64,000 nucleotides of DNA, taken from assembly GCA_030141605.1 (NCBI GenBank), contig JAQGDQ010000516.1, positions 62,001-126,000 of the forward strand, written 5' to 3'. This DNA comes from Tubiluchus corallicola. Lineage: Eukaryota > Animalia > Priapulida. Below are positions 39,122 to 52,300 of the stretch, in pieces. The stretch's first letter is position 1. The number at the start of each line of letters is the position of its first letter. Position numbers and translations under genes: made by a program. A model generated the notes under the pieces. It saw only the letters and a list, made by a program, of their open reading frames with translations, ran no database searches and had not been told where the DNA came from.

Positions 39122-39964
39122 ATGAAACACATCTATGCCAAAGAAGATAATCGGACCTATTCTGAATATGTGAAGCCAGAAGATTTACCCATATATGGTA
39201 GTTCACGTGACAGCACACAATATGAATATGTCGAAAAGGTAAAGTTTCAAGTTATAACATTTAAATGGTAGATTAGGCTCTACAATAATCATACGGGTGG
39301 AAGCATGGTAAAAGGAGAATATTAATAATGAATCAACCTACTTAATAGTAAGTTTAAACCATATCACACGTGTCAAATGCATTAACTGTATCACGTACTA
39401 CTTATAACATAATTCAATGATACACAAATTTTTGACAACTTTCAGATTTCGCCTTTACGGCAGAACATCTCTGCTGTCCGGGGCCGCATATGGTCATGGT
39501 GGGACAAATGTGAAGACACCGTAAATTTTGTTAAAGGAAAATACGATATTGGTTATTCTCACACTAGAGACACAATACACTACATACAGAATGATCCAAG
39601 TATGGTGCCTCGTGCAACCACAATTTCATTGGCTGGCCTCGGTGCATTCGTATATGCGACAGTGCGAAGAGGCGGACTATTCAAGAAAATTGTCTATCCT
39701 AGCATTGCAATGGGAGGAATGGCTGCTCTATGCTACCCGAGAGAAACTGCAAAATACTCGAATGTTGTTTACAGCGTCGCGAAAAAGGAAGTTTCTTATG
39801 CAGCCGAAAAGCACTTTGGTAGAAAAGGAAAAAAATCAGACCAGGATAAAAGCAAACAATCTTCCGAGAGTGGACAAACGACTGAAGAAATTATGGACAA
39901 CGCGTACGTGGATATCGGGCAGTCAACCCCAGAAGATAAAGACTTATATACGACTAGAACATAG
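39122..39964 (+). CDS. APOOL: MICOS complex subunit MIC27/MIC26 (apolipoprotein O family), 2 coding exons, ~211 aa
   Basis: Exons 39122-39238 and 39446-39964. Motifs VKPEDLPIY, AGLGA..RGG..KK..YP, AALCYP, and C-terminal DIGQSTPEDKDLYTTRT typical of MIC27. An in-frame TGA upstream fixes the ATG. APOO versus APOOL cannot be resolved for an invertebrate gene. Confidence 0.9.
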
Positions 39965-40359
39965 ATCAGATGTTTTGCGCATTGTGGACAAATCATGAAA
40001 AATAGGAAGAGTTAGAAAGCAACACAGAGGACTTAACTAGTCTAGACATTTAAACTGTTAGTTTATAACTTGTAAATTTTATTAAAATCGTAACATAGTG
40101 AAAACACGTTTACTCTTTCATTGCTTATTTAAAAATTTGTTTATTTTGCATAAGTTCAAACATCACTTTTGAAGTGAGTATAAATTACGATATCACAGAC
40201 GGACTGCACAGTCATGTGCTACAACTAATGGTCATGAAAAGTCACGTCACAAGAATTTTGTAAAACTTTATCACACTATTTACGGCTTTGTTAAAACTGT
40301 TATTAGTTGAAGCTTCCTGCTGAGTATTCTGTATAATCTGTATGTAATAGCTACATCAG

Positions 40360-43300
40360 TCACCTTACATCCAAGCAATAAACATTGTCATCTCTGCAAC
40401 CAACGATAACCTGTTTACCAACAACAACAGGCGAAGAAAAAGCTTCAAATGGAAATTTGTAGCATGCAAGTTTTTCTCCAGTATTCGCACTAAGCAGATA
40501 CAGCATACCACTGGTTGATGTGACAGTAACACAACCACCATAGCGCGGCAAAAAACTTCTGTTAAGTTCTAAAAATTTTGAATAATACGGAGAAGAATAG
40601 ACGGGTGAATCAAGTTCGGTTTTCCACTTCACATCAAAAGTGTCTGCAGTTAAGCAATATACGTGATTGTCATGGCAACCGATGACTATAAGGGCACTGC
40701 CATTGCTCCACTGTCTGTAACAACATGGAGAACTGAAAACTGGTCCACCAACCATAAATTTCTGCATCTGCAAATTTAATGTTACCACAATGAACATTGG
40801 AAGCTGACAAAGTGCTTTAACATTACATGACAAGAACAACAAACTTACTTGGATTGACTTTAGTAAAATACGAGATGAATTGCGTAAAACAATGATGAGA
40901 ACAACTACGCCAACAAAGCATGCACAGCATCAAATCCAGTGAAGCTTTCAAGAAATTTCTTTGGCAAAATTTTCTCAGATGACTCAGACAAATTATTAAA
41001 AGCCTCATTTCATTAATAATAAATTTTATATGATCAACTAAATTGAGATTATAATAATTGCAGCAGTAATGAAAGGAGACTGGTGCAACTTACTAATATT
41101 CCTTTAAAAGATAGTTTGTATATAAATCTATTGACACAGCCAAAACATATCCCGTTTTTTAGCACAGCTGGTGAGGAAAAAATTGGTTTTCTACTGTCAA
41201 ATGTCCATATGATTTTGCCACTCAACTGAAAGTATAAAGCTGTGTAAAAGATGAATATGAATTTTTAAACAGGCAAAACAACTCATTACCCATATCAATT
41301 CCATCAACAGCAAGACAACAAAGTAGAACATGATATCATACAGGCAGATAGCATTATTTACGGCTGGCAAAATAATGCAAATGTTATACAATAAGTACTA
41401 AAAAATGGGATTCCCACTTTTTCATACTCACTGGTTCAAGTGCATGAAGCTTTCCACGAAGTGTAGCTGAAAACAACAAGTGAGGATGTTGAGACACCAC
41501 TGGTGAAGAGAATATGCCGCCTCCTCCTAAGTACTGCCTCCAACTACACATTTTCTCCTTTTACGAAAAAAAACTATTAAGTACTATAAACAAAATTTTT
41601 TGATCAAATATGTGAACTATAGCAGGGATCACACTAGCAATTTATTTTAAAAGGCTACTGTATATAATTAAAGTATTTGTAACACTGTACTTTCGACAAA
41701 AGCTGCCTAAGCCACATTTCTGTTGACTACAGAAACTCCTATGAGCTTAACAAAATGAGAGTTAGAGGGCTACTTCTATATGCATGCAGAGAAATCAATA
41801 CGGACTTAAAAAGTTATTAAAAGCACTAAAGAGAAGTCTAATCAAACTCAGTCTCAAGAGTAATAAGCAGCATCACTCATTGTTTCTAAAAGACACTTCT
41901 GTATGTTTTGTTATAAGTGAATTAAAACTAACAAGAGGCTTGAGGGCCAAAATAAAATAAGGTGAGCAAAAGATGAGTTTATTGAAATGCAGTTTTGCAT
42001 CTTCTGCTTAACGTAAATGTATGAAATTGTGGAAGCTAAGCTAGAAAAAACTGGATACAGCAGTAATCTTTCACATACACTCCAAAGATAGAGAGCCTAT
42101 ATAAACAAATTGCAAAATTTTATTAAGTTATCCTTCCCACGCCATAACACTTCAAACACTTAATTATCTACACCCAACTAGAATGTTTGGGTTGAGAATA
42201 ACTGTGTCTACCTCAACACTGAATGCATAAATGTAGTTGTCATGAGAACCACAGAAAATCAAGGAAGATGCTGAATCAGAACAAGGCGAGCTCTTCACTT
42301 CCCCTCCTGTTTCAAGCTTCCAAACTATTTCACCAGTTTTTGCACAAATGATATAGATACAGTAGTCATAGCAGCCTGAAATTAATAAGAATGTACCACT
42401 ACTACTGCTGTGAAATAAGGTTACAGTGTAATAATGCTATTTTAATAAACCCCTTATAAGCGCACAGCTGCATCCTTACCCTGCTGTATGAAATTTTAAC
42501 AATAAGAGCTGCATGACACTTAGCTTCCTTAAAATTTTACTGACATACTTCTCACACACTTTAGAACTGAATAAAATTAAAACCCTGGTATTGTTTTCAT
42601 ACAGCGTTAAGCAGAAGTACATACAGGTGTTGATAGGAACAAGAACAATAAGTTCTATTAAAAAGCTTAAGTTGTGAAAAGTTGAGGATAGTTATACTTG
42701 CCATTCAAAAACATTCTTGATTACAGCTATTAGTTTCAAAAGGATAATTTAATATCCTCAGTAAAGGAATTGAATCCACTTATTTGTGATAAGTACCAAT
42801 CAGAAATCATGCATTAAATTCCATAGAACACATGTCAATGTTAAATACGAACCAACAATAACATATTTGCCACAAGAACTTAAGCAAGCAGACGATTCGA
42901 TGCGATCTGGCAAAAGCACTTCCCACAATTTGTCACCAGTTGATAAGGAAATGGCTGACATACGATGAGAATGTGAACCAATGAACACAACATGGTAGTA
43001 CCTGAAAGAAGAGAAATCTATATACAAAGTGGTAAAAAATGACCTAGTGTCACTTGATCACCTGGAAATAATAATATACTAAAACAGAACAGATCAATAC
43101 ATATATTATGCAGAAACTTATTCATTATTGATGATATAGCATTAAAAAGGTAAATTATGCTCCAGTTTGCTTTTCCATTTGGTAAGTTAAGAAAAAAATG
43201 TGCATTAACGCTCATTAGTCAACTCGAGCAGTGGCATCACTCCAACGCTTTATGTTTGCAGTCACTTCTTATTTCACTTGTGAATATCATATTACTTGTT

Positions 43301-46300
43301 TTTTTCAGTGAGTATGTGTAATTTCAGTATAAATTTCAGAAGCTGCAACTGTTTTGTGATAAAGCACTAATACAAGACACTTTTTTCCATTTAAGCAACA
43401 ACAACGTTTATTCATTATTCAGACCTTTGGTACTATAAGAATTAAGGCGACTTATGCAAAAAAAGTAAGAACTTCCTCTCACCAAAAACTCTTTAAACAA
43501 AAACCATACTCCATGTGCTCTTTCATACAACAATACTGTACAAAAGTTATTTCATTTACATTACATTCACGTACCCGTTGAAAGCAGCTAGAGGAGAGGC
43601 ATCAATACATTTTCCTAAGTTGTAGCACCATCTCACGCAAATATCAATCTTTGTCTCCAATAAGTTTTTGACATTTGGCTCTCTTATTAATGTGTCACTC
43701 ATACTTTTACTTGGGCTTGACACACATGCAGTACCATGCAGTATTTCACGACCTGTCGTTTGCCAAGAAGTACAGAAAGTTTCTACATTTCCATCAGTTA
43801 AGTGAGCAAGTTTCAATTTTTTACTTTTTGGAAGATTGTTTGTGTGGCTGAACTTCTCCGGTACTGCTGCAGCATCACTTATGATCTCAGAATCAGCTGA
43901 ACTGTTGCATTGTTCACTCCCACTCGGCAGTTCAGTCAAACCAGCATCTCGTGAAAAAGCTTCTTGGTCATCAACACTTGAAATAATATAATCACTAATT
44001 GATGTGAATGAGCTCGTAAGAAGACTTTTATACAACTCAGAAAAATCTTTATCAAAATAGTTTTCTATGCATTGCACAAATTTTACAGCTGCAAAAGAAT
44101 CACCTGAGAATGACTGATCATCGGCAACATCTTTAATGTTGCAACAATCACACCAAGTGTTGGTAATAAATTTCCTCCTGTCAAAAGACTTAGTTTTGCA
44201 TACATTCCCAAGTTTTGTGGGCAGAGATGCAAGTTTTGCTCTATCAACCTTACCATGAGATGTCATGGGCAACGTTTTTATCACAATCATTTCGTCTGGT
44301 TGTTCACAACTTTTCAATGAAACTTTCAAATACTGTTTGAGGTTATCAGATTCAGCAGCTCCAGAACTTAGCGTAATATACATACACAGACTAGCTTCAC
44401 AGCCATTGCGAAAGACAGCACAACAACTTGTTACGTTTTCATATCTCATAGCTACCTATAAAAAATTTACATTTATATTATTAAAGTAATTCAGGATAAC
44501 CAGATTACTTTAGCCAGACAAACACATCGAAAATAGTGCCCAAAATCAAGCAATCTACAAAGAGACAAAAGGGCAACAATCCAAGAGGAACAGAAGTGCC
44601 TCAACAAAACAAAATCTAAAATAAAACATATGAAAGAAATAATCTTAATAATTACACCAGTATTCTTGTAAAACTTATACTGCCTAAGGCTATACACTAG
44701 ACCATAAGCAGTAGAAGTTATTAATAAATGTTAACCTTTTCAAGAGACATAAGGTTCAATCTCTTTCCATGGCGTTTCACTTGAGTGTCCTTGCGTCCAT
44801 GGAAATACATGTTCCCGTCTTTAATTTTTACCCAGTCACCTGTTGCCCTCATTGATTGTGAAGTAGATGCCGCTTCATCATCAATTAAACACTTCCTCTT
44901 GTCACTTCCTAAATACAACAAATAAGGCAATTTGACAATCCTCATCTAATCCTTATCTAATTCAACTCGATCAAATAACTGCAAAAAATCTTCATGCATA
45001 GCTAAATAAAAGTAGCATCAACAAAGCTTTATCTGGCAAACTGCATGGTGTGAATTTGATGTAAATCTGTCAAAGTTTGGTATGTGTTCATCCCAACTAA
45101 CTCCATCAAAAGGAAATTTATTAAGAGAATGGCTATTAACTCCTTTACTTGCATTGAAATCTGTAATGAAAAGGTTTAAAACAGACATTTGTGACTTTTA
45201 TTTGATGGCATGCTTTGATAATTTTGCCACCCACGTGCACTTGTTGTAGTGGTTTTTGGTTACTCGCTTACAAAATAATAGTCTGGCAGGCGGTGGGGCG
45301 AACCTTGCATTTTCGGGGTAAGTTTTTTCACGGTGATTTTCTCATGTTCTCATGGTCCCCTTTAAGTCTATTGATGGTGGCTTTCTGTCACCCTTCAGCA
45401 GTTTGAGATATTTACCGAAAATACAAGGTTTAGGCAAAAAAATAGCTTTTGGTTCCCTGACTATAATGCTTGCTGATTATTCGTGTGAATCGAGACATTA
45501 TTAATCAATTCACCGCCAAAAACGTTATTTGAAACTCAATATCTCCAGTTCTGTACATAAGAATCACGCGAGACTTGGCACTAACGTGAGAGTAGCCTAA
45601 TTCTTGAAGCTTACTCAAATCAGTGAAGAAGGCCAACAAAACTTATAAGCTTGTCTAAAATGTAAGCTACATTTATCATTGCAATGAATGCACAGACTAC
45701 ACTGAAATGAGCTCAAATTTAAATTTAATTCACCATCAGCTTTGGATTCAAAAATAAACAACTCAAAATTGATATATTTTCAACAGAAGAGTAAAAATTC
45801 AGATCAAGCTAATATATAAATATTTCTCAATCAAGTTAAAGTAAACTTGAAATAAGCTCACCAACAAATAGCTGTCCAATGCCTTCTGTTATACTAACAC
45901 CAAATGTGTCTCTAACCTCAACAGCAGTGTCTAACATTGGAGAACCTAATGGAACAGCACCATCTGCTCTATCGATAAATATCAAAAAATTGCACGTCAG
46001 TTACCTACAGTAGAACCATACCTACAATATGCTCATTGTTTTAAACTGAAGTAATTTAGATAAAAGCAAATTATGACATAATCAGAATTCTGATCCCGAT
46101 CTGCCACCAATACAATTGAGCTTATTTTTATCAATTCAAATTGAAAGACATCCAAGGCAGGTTTTCTGCACAAGTGAAACTTGGGACTAGAAGTCGCACA
46201 GAAAAAATACACAAATCAGAAAAAGGTAAATTAAATTTGCTCATTGAACTGGTGCAAAGGGAAACGAGTTAAAATAACATTATATTTCAATTTCCTTTAA

Positions 46301-49300
46301 CATCCAAGTAAATAATATTGGCACTTTGAAGAAAAACACGAGTAAAAAAGTGTAAAAGAGTAAAACAAAGTTAAAGCATCTATATTTAATTTTAAACAAT
46401 GAACTATTTCAGTTGCAATATTTACAACGACAAAATATGGCTTTTAGCGGTAAGGCTGATAATATTGATGGAAGTTAATTTGTGTAGCACCAATTAGGCA
46501 AAATAATACAAAAGAAAATGTCACATTGAAATACCTTAAGTCACTTTCAAGTATTTTATATATGGTAGCCCAGCTTGACACTTCAGTAACACCATAAATA
46601 TTATAAATGTCAGTTTCATTTTCATTTTGTTTCCAGGAATTTATCGTACCTACAAAACAAAACTTAAAATATAATAATAAGTTATTTTTTTATATCCATC
46701 CCTAGCTTTGCTATTAGTAAAATCCAGTAGGGAAAAATTTTCAATTTGAAATTTCAAATTAAGAACTTATTCATTGCATACATGTAAAAATTACAGTATC
46801 TAAACAAATTCAACTTGAAGGTACAGGCACAAAAAGTTTTATTCATATAATGTAAATTCATAATGTAATCATTTGTCCTTCCTAATTTTATTTCATAGTC
46901 TCCCTATAATTTTATTGCTGGAAAAAAGGTTTGAAATAAAAATCTGAACATCAAGCTGATATGACTCAGGCAGGCTTAATAAAATGCACAAACAATTCCA
47001 CTTTAATTTCTTAGTCTCTACAATTTTATTGCTGAAAAATGGTTTGAAAAAAAAATTTGAACATCAAGCCGATGTGACTCAGGCAGGCTTAAATAAAATG
47101 TACAAACAACATCTAAACTCAAATTAGGTTTTCCGGTCCTTAATTTCAAGGACAAGATTTTCTTTGACAGAACTGCCATAATTTGAAAATTACTATAATT
47201 AACTAGTAAACTGATAACTATGTAAACATAAGGAAATTCTAAAATAACATTATAAAGTAAGTCATTTTTATAGCATTGCATAAAGAACTAATCAAATGCA
47301 TTCATAACCTCAAAATATGAAGTATTTCTGGGTTACAATACCATTGTGTCTCGTGACACCAGCTAACAACTAATTTCTTACAAAAAATGCCTACTGAATG
47401 TTACAAAAAGTACCTGTTGAGGGACAAGGCTCTCCACCAAGTAGTAAAACCCGAAGTGCAGTATCTCTAGATAATAATGAACTTTGCAGCATAAATGGAC
47501 CGCACTGGTATAACAGAGTTGGTGTAGCCTGCAAATGTTATTATGCTTTATTTAACACTTGAAAACAGTTATTATAATAACTACATAAAAATCATAAAAA
47601 ATTAGGAGGATTATAAGAACTGAGTTTGTTTCAAAATTCAACAACTATAAGTTTCCTTCCATAATTAATAAATAATCTTGAAATAAATCATTATAAACAA
47701 GTCATTACATAAGAATCATAGTAAAAATGCCTAAAAACCATCACACGATATAACTTGAACATAAAACAACTGCACATGATGTACAAGCACTCATAAAGAA
47801 TTAGTCTCAAATAACAGAATAACAGAGGATCAAAACATTTTAGTAACCTTGAAAAGCAAAGTTTTTGTATGTTTCTCAGTCTAACTGAGTCACAGCACAG
47901 CAGATTTGTTTTAAGTAATACTGTTCCAAGATATAAAACATTCAGCCATCAACATTAGAATGTCTGCCGAGGCAAGCCTTGTTATAATTTCAATGATTAC
48001 TTTAAAATTAGTGCTTCTGGATTCTGCAATTACTTATTTCTGAATGACAGCTTACGTTTTTATTAAAGACTAAACCAGCAAAGGACAACTTGTGCAAGCA
48101 GTAAAAAGTTATCAAAATCTGTTGAAAACATTGCCCAACAAGATACAATGATTATGCCAACAACACAGCTAAGTCACGAAAAATGATAGAAAAAAATTTA
48201 CAATTTTATGACTACTTTAAAGTGAAAAAATATAGTGATACTTACTTCAGTGATTTGCACATAAATCTTATTTTAATGATTTGCGAGCAATACTTGATAA
48301 AAGCCTAAATATATCTGTACTTAGAAGTCCAATCTAATCGAGTACAGTCTTTAAAATTTTAGTTGGGTTCCGGGTCTCTAAACTCGGGACTTTTCTCGTA
48401 ATTAAGATCTGTACAGTGAGACCACAGATAAAGATTTTTATGGTGAGACAATGGAAGAAAGGTTTAGTAATCTTAAGCTAACTTATGGCAATGAATCGTA
48501 ATTATTATCAACTTAAAATTTAAACAGAATCAGTTAAACATCTGCTGCAAAACTGTCAATGGACATCTATCAGGTGAAAGAACCTTGAATTAAATAAATA
48601 ATTATTGAAGCCAAAAACCTTACAACACCTGCAAAATAGAAACTTTGTGGCGTACAGTCAGCATATCGATTAATGCAGTCGGTGACTGTTTTACAATCTT
48701 GTCTGTGATAAGAAGAGTGGCTCCACTTGAAAATGCAACAAACATTTCCACAATACTTGGGTCAAACGTCATGGGTGAAGCCATAAATATCAAATCATCG
48801 ACCGTTACATGTAACCTTGACCTATAAATAAATAATCAAGCAGTAAATCATTTACACAGCACTACTAGAGGCGGCTCCTATGCCGAATGTCCTCCAGGAA
48901 AGAGAACCAAGTATCCAACCAAAGCTTAAAAGACTTTTCTGAGTGCTTGTGTCACGTTAGTGTAAGAAGAAACATTGAACTACCACAGATGTCTTATTTA
49001 GATATACTGAGATGTACATACATCACAGAGATCCTTAATAAAATGATTAATCGCGAGAGCTCTGTTTTTCTGGACCTGTTTTATATTTCCCTATTTTTCC
49101 TGTAAAGTGGCAGCTGTCCTCATTCAGAACAAATGTCAAGGAAATTTAGTAACAAATGGATTGACTCGACTTTGTTTGACAACCTGCAATCTTAGTAAGG
49201 TCTATTAAATAAGGTGTAAAAAAATTGAAAAAACATTTCAGTCAATGTAAAGTATATATTTCCATAGCATGCAATGTATTGGTATGTTATTATCATAGTA

Positions 49301-52300
49301 GTCTCAGATTGTTTGTTGACATCATCATCATCAAGTACCACCTAGCTAGAAACTACTACTCTGGGTGGAATGATGGTCACACAAACAAGATAGAAATTGA
49401 TAGAATGAATCGCCGCCACGCCTAACAGGGAAACTGCATTACCCATTCTAGAAAGATGCGGGTTTAAACGTTACGATTGCTAACAATCGTCATTTTTGTG
49501 CTTTACTGGTAAATATGGGAATCAAATCATGGTACCACTGTAGTGACAATTGATGTATATGCCAACATGAAAAGAAAATTAATGTGAAAGCACCGGCAGG
49601 TGCTTTAGTGACAAACCATCAGCTGTCTAATCGACCACCATGCCATGAACTTATATAAAAGCCCAAGCTGCCCAATAATATCAAGCTGATACACATCTGC
49701 AACAATTATGAAGACTGCAATTGTACTGTGCGTAATTCTTTTAACAGCCAGAGTCTACAGTTTTGCGGCATACTTGAAAGGTAACTCAGTCAATTTAAGT
49801 AACGAGTATTTATCATCGGGGGCTGCATTTCTACTTTTCAAATAAACAAACTGGCCAACAACAAAGAAAAAAACAATTGCAGCCATCTAAACTAGTCACA
49901 TCATAAAGCCATAATTGCAAAAAGAACTAATTAAGTGTAGGAGCTGCTATAGCACCGATGTGCAGTTCCATCTCTATAAAATAGCAGTCATCAATGAGAT
50001 AATCTTTCTTAATCAACAATACTTTATCTTCTTTCTATGGTCTTTTGCTTAAACAATGCTTGTATATAATAGATCCAGGATGCACATTTGATGGAGTAAA
50101 CTATGACATTGGTGATAACTTCTATCCTAAAAATGGCTGCTTGAAGTGTACTTGTTTTCCCGAAAGTTCGCATGCATGTGTGACGTAAGTAATATCACAG
50201 TAATATTTTATCAAAAAACCTTCGATAATCAGACTTTGTTAATCTAGATTTCAATTTGATATAACTCAATACATTTTTAACTCCTTTTTCTCATCACCAG
50301 CTGATTTGTCTAACGTTTTCATGTAGTTTTGTAAATTCCTGCACACTTTTTCTAACTTTTCTTTAACAGCTACATTAGTCTGGTGGTTCATTGTATCAGT
50401 CTCTTTTTTGTTTATGTCTGGACATCAAGCCATCTAGAAAAGTAGTTACAAGCTAGAAAGTAGTTGGGCTGACGTCACTAAACAAGGTTACTCACATATC
50501 ACATTATTATCATCTCAGCCTGACATGAACGTATTAGTGAGCTGACACACATTGTCCATTGCATGCTATCGAGCTTTATGTGTCTTTACACGGACAAAAA
50601 TACTTTTTTCCATTTTTGACATTTTACTTAGTAGGCATTACTATGATTAGAACTGCATTGCAGAACCCGACGTTTGTATGCTCGAATGCAGTATGTACTA
50701 CATAACTGACATGAAAAATAACACTTGAACTCAAGCACTTTTTGACGGATTTGATTTACTAATGCAGAGAACTGCTAGTTAAACAAAATTTGCATATATA
50801 TTTGATTTACCAAGGTACTGCCAGAACGTTGGCAGTGCCTCTTCATTTCAAGCAGATACTACAAAATTTTAGATAAGCTGAAAATATATCATAACAAAAG
50901 AAATTGTAGGAGAAGAACAAAACAGCAAAGTTCACCGTCCATGTCAATCCTTATTAAAAGGTCATAAATAAAGGAAAGGCCAAGCCTTTTTCCAGGCCTA
51001 TTTCAATGTTTGTGAAAAGTATTGGAAAGATTTATTCATAAAAGTGTGGTAAGCCCCTCGTACAATTAGTAAAACTACTTTAAAGTCGCTATCATTTCAA
51101 GCTTTGACGTTCCAATTTTGAAAGTTCATTTTCAGCCAATGACGTTGTTCATTGGTTGAAGAAAAGCGGTGCACAGTCAATTTCCATCAAAAATTTAAGA
51201 GGTTTTTAGAAAAAAAATAGATAGTTAATTGATATTTTAGCACGCACATTGTGTAAGCTGCAGAAGTCTGCACTAAGTAGCGTGTCCTTATGGAAAGCCA
51301 CGATGCACTTACAAAAAGTCAGAAAATCCACCAATTATGTCAGAATTTACAGGGGAATGGCGGCAACCACCATGCCTGATAATTTCTGTACAGCAGTAGT
51401 ATAAATTAACTTTATTATTTATATACAATTTTTTGCAGATTTCTTTGTTATATTTTTCTAAATTTAAGCAATAACTACAAAATAAACCCAACATGCTAAG
51501 TGACTTGTCCTTTCCTTTAATATTAACAGATTTAAAATTTAAGAACATGTAAAATCCTGCTTCTAGACTAAAATACTAAATTCGAAATCTGTTATTCTTC
51601 ATAATGAGTCTCTATGGATGTCAAAATATTAACTGTTAATATTAAACTTTGCTTTCTGTTTTACACATGTCCTCTTTCTGCAATTACTTTTTCATATGCA
51701 CAAAGATAAAAATTTTCAAAATAAACATTAGTGAGAATTTGCTACATTACTAAAACAAAGGCAAAATTTAGCGCACTTATTATTAATTTAAACATTTGAA
51801 TGGTACTTTAGTTTTACACACTGAAACATATCAACTTTCTAAGTCAAATTTATATAATTTCTTTGTTATGATATAGCTGCCCAGCATTTCAAGCTCCAGG
51901 ATGTCAAATCGTACCAGGAGACCCAAATGCACAGTTTCCAGGATGTTGTGATAAACCTGAATGTCCCTCAGCAAAATAATACTTGGGTAAGTAAGCTTTT
52001 CAACAATTTATAATTTACTATGCAAGCCATGTTTACATCCAAATGATAACAAAACACAATAAACTGTTTGTAAGGTATAATAACAGCAATCTTATGTTTG
52101 ATTAGTACTTAGTACTTATCTTAACGACCAAGAAACATAAAAAACAGCTCTTTACTGACATTGCATTTTTTAATAATTTTGTTGATAAATAAATTAGCAG
52201 AAATGTACTCTAAACATAGTATAACTAAAATGTTGTTCTCAAAATAAATTAGCAAAAATAATTTATCACTTTGACGCATGGAATTAGAATATGGTATTTA

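Noticed and set aside
39528-39998. 156-aa ORF overlapping MIC27 in another frame
   Set aside because: Starts at TTG and has no recognisable motifs; it is a shadow frame of the real exon
50631-50690. Cys-containing exon-like block (NCIAEPDVCMLEC) within the nested gene's second intron
   Set aside because: In-frame TAG precedes it and its end phase does not match the next exon; it may simply be a small hairpin
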